Positions 59,306 to 64,000 of a stretch of 64,000 bases of DNA are shown one piece after another. The stretch comes from an uncultured Acidobacteriota bacterium (GTDB lineage: Bacteria; Acidobacteriota; Polarisedimenticolia; Polarisedimenticolales; Polarisedimenticolaceae). The stretch spans positions 500-64,499 of the forward strand of contig CALZKF010000004.1 in assembly GCA_945787955.1 (NCBI GenBank), read 5' to 3'. Position numbers and translations under genes: made by a program. Numbering within the stretch: position 1 is the stretch's first letter; each line of letters starts with the position of its first letter. The notes below the pieces were generated by a model. It was not told the DNA's origin. It worked only from the letters and a program-made list of their open reading frames with translations, and did no database searches.

Positions 59306-60427
59306 TCACTCCTCCTTCAGGATGTCGCTGTCCAGTAGAGGATCGTACCCGGACTCCCAGACCCCCGCACTTCCGGGCCGTTCGGAACCGGCCGAGCGGC
59401 GGAAAATCGATCGGAACCAGCCTGGTTTTTCCTCCGGTTCGATCTCCAGGGTGCTGAAACGTTCCTGGACCATGCTCTGCAGGGACCGCAGGGCGCGGAA
59501 GTAATCCGTCGGACGCCAGATCCGCCAGCGCGGCCTGGAACCACCGGTTGATCTGCAACGCATCCTGGCCGCCGCCCCGATCCTGAGGGTGACCACGCCG
59601 TTGACCAGGCCCTGGCCCAGAGGACCGAGGATCCTGGCGCTCCATGCTCCGGTCATCTCCGAGAGGGCGGAGGCGACGTGGTCGCTGACGTACTCCAGGG
59701 CTCCGGCCATGGCAGCGGTGCCCAGGACATCCCGACCGACCTTCATGGTCCCGAGCAGGCCCGGCCTGCCGTAATACAGATCGGCCAGCCTGGAGATCAG
59801 ATCGATGTTTCGCCCCAGGGTGATCAGAAAGTCCATGAACACGCTGGGTGAAACCGCGGTGGCCACCGCCACTTCCACGGCCGCCCGGCGGATGAGGCGG
59901 TTCGCCTCCCGGTCCAGGGGGGCGGTGACCTGGTTGAGAATCGTCTCGACCCTCCGAGACAGTGCCTGGGCGGCCCGGACAGGGTCGGCGGCGTCTTCAG
60001 CCTCCAGGCCGGATTCCAGTTCGGCCAGGGCGGAGGGGATGGCGTCACGTGCCTCGGCGGGCAGCCGGGGGTTGCGCTCCTGCCGCAGCAGGTAACGGCG
60101 CGCGAACCGTAGGAATTTCCGCTGGTGCGCCGGGTTCCAGCCTTCATTCACGTCCGGAAGGAGAGGGGGGGAGAGCACGGTCGGGTTCCGCAGGTACCGC
60201 AGGAAGCGGTATCCGGTCCAGCCGAGCACGATGGCGGCCAGCGACCCGGTCACGGCCCAAGCCAGGGCCGGGTGCAGGCGAGCCACCAGGTCGAACAGGT
60301 GCACCGCTTCAAGGATCACCAGGATGGTGACGGTTGCCGCGGCGGCCCACAGCAGGCGTCGGCCGATGCGGTAAGCCCGGCTCCAGACGCTGGTAAAATT
60401 GTCCAGGGGCAGATCAATGGTGGACAT
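59306..60427 (-). CDS. DUF697 (YcjF-like) membrane protein
   Basis: Two N-terminal TM helices, then ATAVSPSVFMDFLITLGRNIDLISRLADLYYGRPG. AAGGAGAG SD is present. The track ORF is over-extended 441 nt upstream. Confidence 0.75.
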   Translation of the reverse strand: MSTIDLPLDNFTSVWSRAYRIGRRLLWAAAATVTILVILEAVHLFDLVARLHPALAWAVTGSLAAIVLGWTGYRFLRYLRNPTVLSPPLLPDVNEGWNPAHQRKFLRFARRYLLRQERNPRLPAEARDAIPSALAELESGLEAEDAADPVRAAQALSRRVETILNQVTAPLDREANRLIRRAAVEVAVATAVSPSVFMDFLITLGRNIDLISRLADLYYGRPGLLGTMKVGRDVLGTAAMAGALEYVSDHVASALSEMTGAWSARILGPLGQGLVNGVVTLRIGAAARMRCRSTGGSRPRWRIWRPTDYFRALRSLQSMVQERFSTLEIEPEEKPGWFRSIFRRSAGSERPGSAGVWESGYDPLLDSDILKEE

Positions 60428-60444
60428 GGTCTCTCTCCTTGCCG

Positions 60445-62025
60445 TCAGTTCAAATCGTCCCTGCACCCGGTACTGCGCGCCATGGCTATGGCGGCGGTGA
60501 GCAGCCCGGCAAATGCAGCGAAAGCTGCAACACCGCCGAGCCCGACCCAGCCGGTCACAGATTCCGGTCTGAGGGTACGTCCTACCGCCTCCAGGAAAGC
60601 GAAGCCGGCTTCCGGATCGCCAAGGGCATTCAGCAGCGCCAGGGCTGCCAGGGCGAAGACAAATCCGGCTGTGAATCCCAGGGAGCTCCGCATCAGCAGC
60701 ACGTTCCTGGTCAGCGGCTCGCTCAGTGCCGGTGCCTTGACGTCGAACTCCGGCTCCCGAACCGACCAGGGCACGAACCGGGCCAGCAAAATCATCCCGG
60801 GGATCCCTGCCACCATGGTGAACCAGAAGAAGTTCGTCCAGCCCACGGCATGGACGGTATAACCGCAAACCGGGCCGGCCAGGATCCTGGGTAGACCGAA
60901 CAGGCTGGAGAACAGGGCGTACTGGGTGGCGGAGAACCGTTTGTGGGTCAACCGCAGGAGCAGCACCCCGAACGCGCCCATTCCCAGGCCGGTGGTCAGG
61001 GTTTCAAACGCCATGGCGCCGTACATCAACGGGAGGTTCACCGGCAGGTTCGCCACCAGGATGTAGCCGATGTTGGAGAATATCTGGAGGAATCCGAACA
61101 GCCAGAGGGAACGGCCCAGGCTGAGTGTGTTGGTCAGGGCTCCGCCCAGGAAGGTGCCGCTCAGGGTGAAAGCCAACCCAAGGGTGGCCAGGCCGGCACC
61201 TCGATGGAGTTCGTTGTACCCCATGTCGTTCAGGAACGGTCTCAAAAGGGACTGGGCCAGGTTGTCCGACAGCTTGTACATGATCACGAACGCCAGGATC
61301 GGAAGTGCCTGGTGTCGTGACAGCAGTTCCAGGAACGGGAGCCACACCGCGTCCCGGAGCGATCGCGGCGCTATGACGCGTTCCTCCGCTTCCGGCGCCG
61401 TCACGGTGACAAGCATCATCGGGACGTACAGCGCCGCCAGTCCGATGCAGACTACCGGCCAGGAATGCAGGCCGGTAAGGGTAATGGCCAGCCCTCCGGC
61501 TGCGAACATGGCGCCGCGGTACAGAGCAGTCCGCAATCCAACCGCTACGCCCTGCTCTTCCTTACGCAGGACATCCACGGCGTAGGCGTCGATGGCGATG
61601 TCCTGGGTGGCGGAGAACAGGGCCATGGCCAGGGCCAGGGCGAACAGGACCCAGGGAGTGTCCGGATTGTCTCCCAGGCCGGCCATTGCCAGGGTCAGGG
61701 CCAGAAGACCGATCTGTGCCAGCAGGGTCCATCCCCGCCGCCTCCCCAGGCTGAGCGGGGAAAACCGGTCCATCAGCGGCGACCACAGGATCTTGAACGA
61801 CCAGGGCGCCTGGGTCAGTGTCATCATCCCGACCAGACGGATATCCACGCCGTTGTCCCGCATCCAGTCCGGAATGGCGATCCAGACCAGCCCCAGGGGC
61901 AGCCCGGAAGAGAACGAAAGCAGGGACACCGACAGGGTCCGCCACGAGCAAAATGCCTGAATCACCCCGCGGAAAAACCCTGCTCGGGCTTCCGGGGAAT
62001 CTCTGGTGTACAATTTTTGTTTCAT
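60445..62025 (-). CDS. ampG: AmpG-family muropeptide MFS permease
   Basis: SFSSGLPLGLVWIAIPDWMRD and APWSFKILWSPLMDRF are typical AmpG N-terminal motifs. Polytopic throughout. Confidence 0.85.
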   Translation of the reverse strand: MKQKLYTRDSPEARAGFFRGVIQAFCSWRTLSVSLLSFSSGLPLGLVWIAIPDWMRDNGVDIRLVGMMTLTQAPWSFKILWSPLMDRFSPLSLGRRRGWTLLAQIGLLALTLAMAGLGDNPDTPWVLFALALAMALFSATQDIAIDAYAVDVLRKEEQGVAVGLRTALYRGAMFAAGGLAITLTGLHSWPVVCIGLAALYVPMMLVTVTAPEAEERVIAPRSLRDAVWLPFLELLSRHQALPILAFVIMYKLSDNLAQSLLRPFLNDMGYNELHRGAGLATLGLAFTLSGTFLGGALTNTLSLGRSLWLFGFLQIFSNIGYILVANLPVNLPLMYGAMAFETLTTGLGMGAFGVLLLRLTHKRFSATQYALFSSLFGLPRILAGPVCGYTVHAVGWTNFFWFTMVAGIPGMILLARFVPWSVREPEFDVKAPALSEPLTRNVLLMRSSLGFTAGFVFALAALALLNALGDPEAGFAFLEAVGRTLRPESVTGWVGLGGVAAFAAFAGLLTAAIAMARSTGCRDDLN

Positions 62026-62059
62026 ATTCAGGGAATGATCATAACCCGGTGGAGAGTCG

Positions 62060-62572
62060 ATGAAGCTATTGAGACGGGTGCTGTGGGTGGCTGCGCTGCT
62101 CATGCTGTTCCCGGCACCTTTCACGGTGGCCGGTCTTCAGGAAGAGGGCAGCACTGCGCCGGAATTCACCCTGAATACGCTGGAAGGCAAGCCGGTGAGC
62201 CTGTCCGAGTTCCGGGGCCGGCCGGTTGTCCTGGAGTTCTGGGCCACCTGGTGCGGTCCCTGCCGACACCAGTTCCCGAAGATGGCCCGGCTTCATGAGC
62301 AGTACGAAGGCGAGGTGCAATTCCTCATGGTGAATACGGCGGAAGACGCCGCCACGGTCCGGGCCTTCGCCGAGCAGGTGGAAGTGCCGGGGATCATCCT
62401 GATGGACCCCACCGACAAGGTCGGTGAGCGTTACGGGACACGGATCCTGCCGTCGCTGTTTTTCATCGATGCTGACGGGGTGGTCCAGGCTGCGGTTCCC
62501 GGTGCGCTGAAAGACGTGGAGCTGTTTATGAATTACATGATGGGGCAGGCCGGGGACCGAGCCGTGAAATGA
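62060..62572 (+). CDS. TlpA-like thiol:disulfide oxidoreductase (thioredoxin fold), secreted
   Basis: Signal peptide present. APEFTL...[26 protein letters not shown] is the redoxin family pattern. Confidence 0.88.
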   Translation: MKLLRRVLWVAALLMLFPAPFTVAGLQEEGSTAPEFTLNTLEGKPVSLSEFRGRPVVLEFWATWCGPCRHQFPKMARLHEQYEGEVQFLMVNTAEDAATVRAFAEQVEVPGIILMDPTDKVGERYGTRILPSLFFIDADGVVQAAVPGALKDVELFMNYMMGQAGDRAVK

Positions 62573-62606
62573 CATACAATGGGCTCCCCACGGAGGAGAC
62601 CCATCC

Positions 62607-64000
62607 ATGAAACATCATCGCATCATCCGAACGCTGGCGATCGGCGCTGTACTGGTCGCATCCCTGTCGTTCACATCCGCCCTCGAGGTTCAGGTGGAAA
62701 CCTACACGCTCCCCAACGGCCTCACTGTGACCCTGCATGAAGATCACAGCCTGCCGCGAGTGACAATCAACACATGGTTCGCCGTCGGTTCCAAAGACGA
62801 AGACGAGGGCCGGTCCGGGTTCGCCCACATGTTCGAGCATCTCATGTTCATGGGAACCCACCGGGTGCCGGACAATCAGTTCGATGTCCTCATGGAAACC
62901 GGAGGCGGAGCGAACAACGCTTCCACCAGCACCGACCGGACCAACTACTACAGCTGGGGCCCGCCGGAGTTGCTGCCGACCCTGCTGTGGCTGGATGCGG
63001 ACCGGCTGGCGGCGCTGGCCGATGCCATGACCGTTGAGAAACTGAACCTGCAGCGCAACGTGGTCCGCAACGAACGGCGCCAGGGAGTGGAGAATACGCC
63101 GTACGGCATCGCCGAGGAGATCCTGGCGCCGGCGTTGTACCCGGAAGGGCATCCTTACCGGCACACCGTCATCGGCAGCCATGAAGACCTGGAGGCAGCC
63201 ACCCTGGATGACGTCAAGAACTTCTTCAACACACACTATGTGCCGGGGAACGCATCCCTGGTAGTGGCCGGAGATTTTGATCCGGATGAAGTCAAAAAGG
63301 TCATCGCCGCTTCCTTCGGCGCAGTGCCGGCACGGCCGGTCCCTTCACCGCTTCCGGCGCCTGCCGCCTCCCTGTCTCGGGAGGTGCGCCACGTGGCTGT
63401 TGACAACGTCCAATATCCCAGGCTGTACCTGGTGTGGCATTCGCCGGCCAGTTACAAGGACGGCGACGCCGAGATGGACCTGATCGCCGATATCCTGGCA
63501 TCCGGTGAATCGAGCCGCCTGTACAAGAAGCTGGTGATCGACCTGCGGCTGGCCCAGGACGTCACTTCCTACCAGTACTCCAAGGAACTGGGATCCGAGT
63601 TCCATGTGGAGATTACCGCGGTTCCCGGCGCCGATCTCGAGAGGATCAAGGCGGAAGCGCTTGCCGTGATCGAAGATCTCAAGGCCCACGGACCGACGCA
63701 GACCGAACTGAAACGGGTGTCGGCAGCCATGGAGTCGTCGTTCCTTCAGCGCATGGAGAGCCTGGCGGCCAAGGCCGACAGCATCAACCGTTACCGGCAC
63801 TACCTGGGAGTCGCCGACGGTTTCCAGTGGGACCTGGACCGTTACCTGACCGCCGACGCCGACGGTGTCCGCACCTGGGCCGGCAAGGTCTTCGGCCAGG
63901 GGCGGGTCGACCTCCGGATCCTTCCCAGGGACGCCACCGTGGAAGGCGCCGACCTGGACAACCGGCCGGAGCCGTTCGCCACCGGCGAGTTCACCCCTCC
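62607..64000 (+). CDS. M16 (pitrilysin/insulinase) family zinc peptidase, partial (runs off window end; absent from the supplied track)
   Basis: My own translation from ATG 62607 (GGAGGAG SD) gives MKHHRIIRTLAIGAVLVASLSF..., the inverted zinc motif HMFEHLMF, the downstream RNERRQ Glu and SRLYKKLV. No stop occurs before 64000. Confidence 0.85.
   Translation, partial: MKHHRIIRTLAIGAVLVASLSFTSALEVQVETYTLPNGLTVTLHEDHSLPRVTINTWFAVGSKDEDEGRSGFAHMFEHLMFMGTHRVPDNQFDVLMETGGGANNASTSTDRTNYYSWGPPELLPTLLWLDADRLAALADAMTVEKLNLQRNVVRNERRQGVENTPYGIAEEILAPALYPEGHPYRHTVIGSHEDLEAATLDDVKNFFNTHYVPGNASLVVAGDFDPDEVKKVIAASFGAVPARPVPSPLPAPAASLSREVRHVAVDNVQYPRLYLVWHSPASYKDGDAEMDLIADILASGESSRLYKKLVIDLRLAQDVTSYQYSKELGSEFHVEITAVPGADLERIKAEALAVIEDLKAHGPTQTELKRVSAAMESSFLQRMESLAAKADSINRYRHYLGVADGFQWDLDRYLTADADGVRTWAGKVFGQGRVDLRILPRDATVEGADLDNRPEPFATGEFTP

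Overview
This is a high-G+C bacterial chromosomal window that is almost fully coding, with about 58 protein genes. I could not recognise any rRNA, tRNA, CRISPR array, transposase or integrase. The G+C bias fills the six-frame track with long antisense or over-extended ORFs. I therefore made calls from protein-like sequence, catalytic motifs, Shine-Dalgarno sites and operon geometry. Many starts are trimmed relative to the track, which also accepts GTG/TTG starts.

Content in order:
- The tail of a Mo-oxidoreductase operon (end of the catalytic subunit, NrfC-like FeS subunit, NrfD-like anchor), followed by a beta-barrel porin.
- A secretome-rich set scattered through the window: a C25 gingipain-like peptidase, two sortilin/BNR paralogues, a 1486-aa M36-like metalloprotease with FN3 and MAM-like modules, a VWA protein, M28 and M16 peptidases, and a CAP-domain protein.
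- Housekeeping genes: lplA, ispH-dusA-arfB, msrAB, pruA, gluQ, ftcD, copA, ampG, apaG.
- A Ser/Thr kinase fused to four zinc ribbons, next to a CYTH protein.
- A small higBA toxin-antitoxin islet bounded by an unusual AT-rich hairpin with a 32-bp stem.
- A 312-bp element with perfect 41-bp inverted repeats lodged exactly between two convergent stop codons. It sits beside a PilZ gene and a Fic gene whose catalytic motif is degenerate.
- An MFP plus two RND pump operon, in which the first pump is broken.
- A DUF4956 - CotH/beta-helix - VTC (polyphosphate-polymerase-like) operon. I consider this the best candidate for an uncharacterised system.

Three ORFs look disrupted: the C25 stop is missing, the first RND pump is split, and CotH is split. 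This may be assembly error or real decay. All functional calls rest on my recognition of motifs and families, because no database search was possible.
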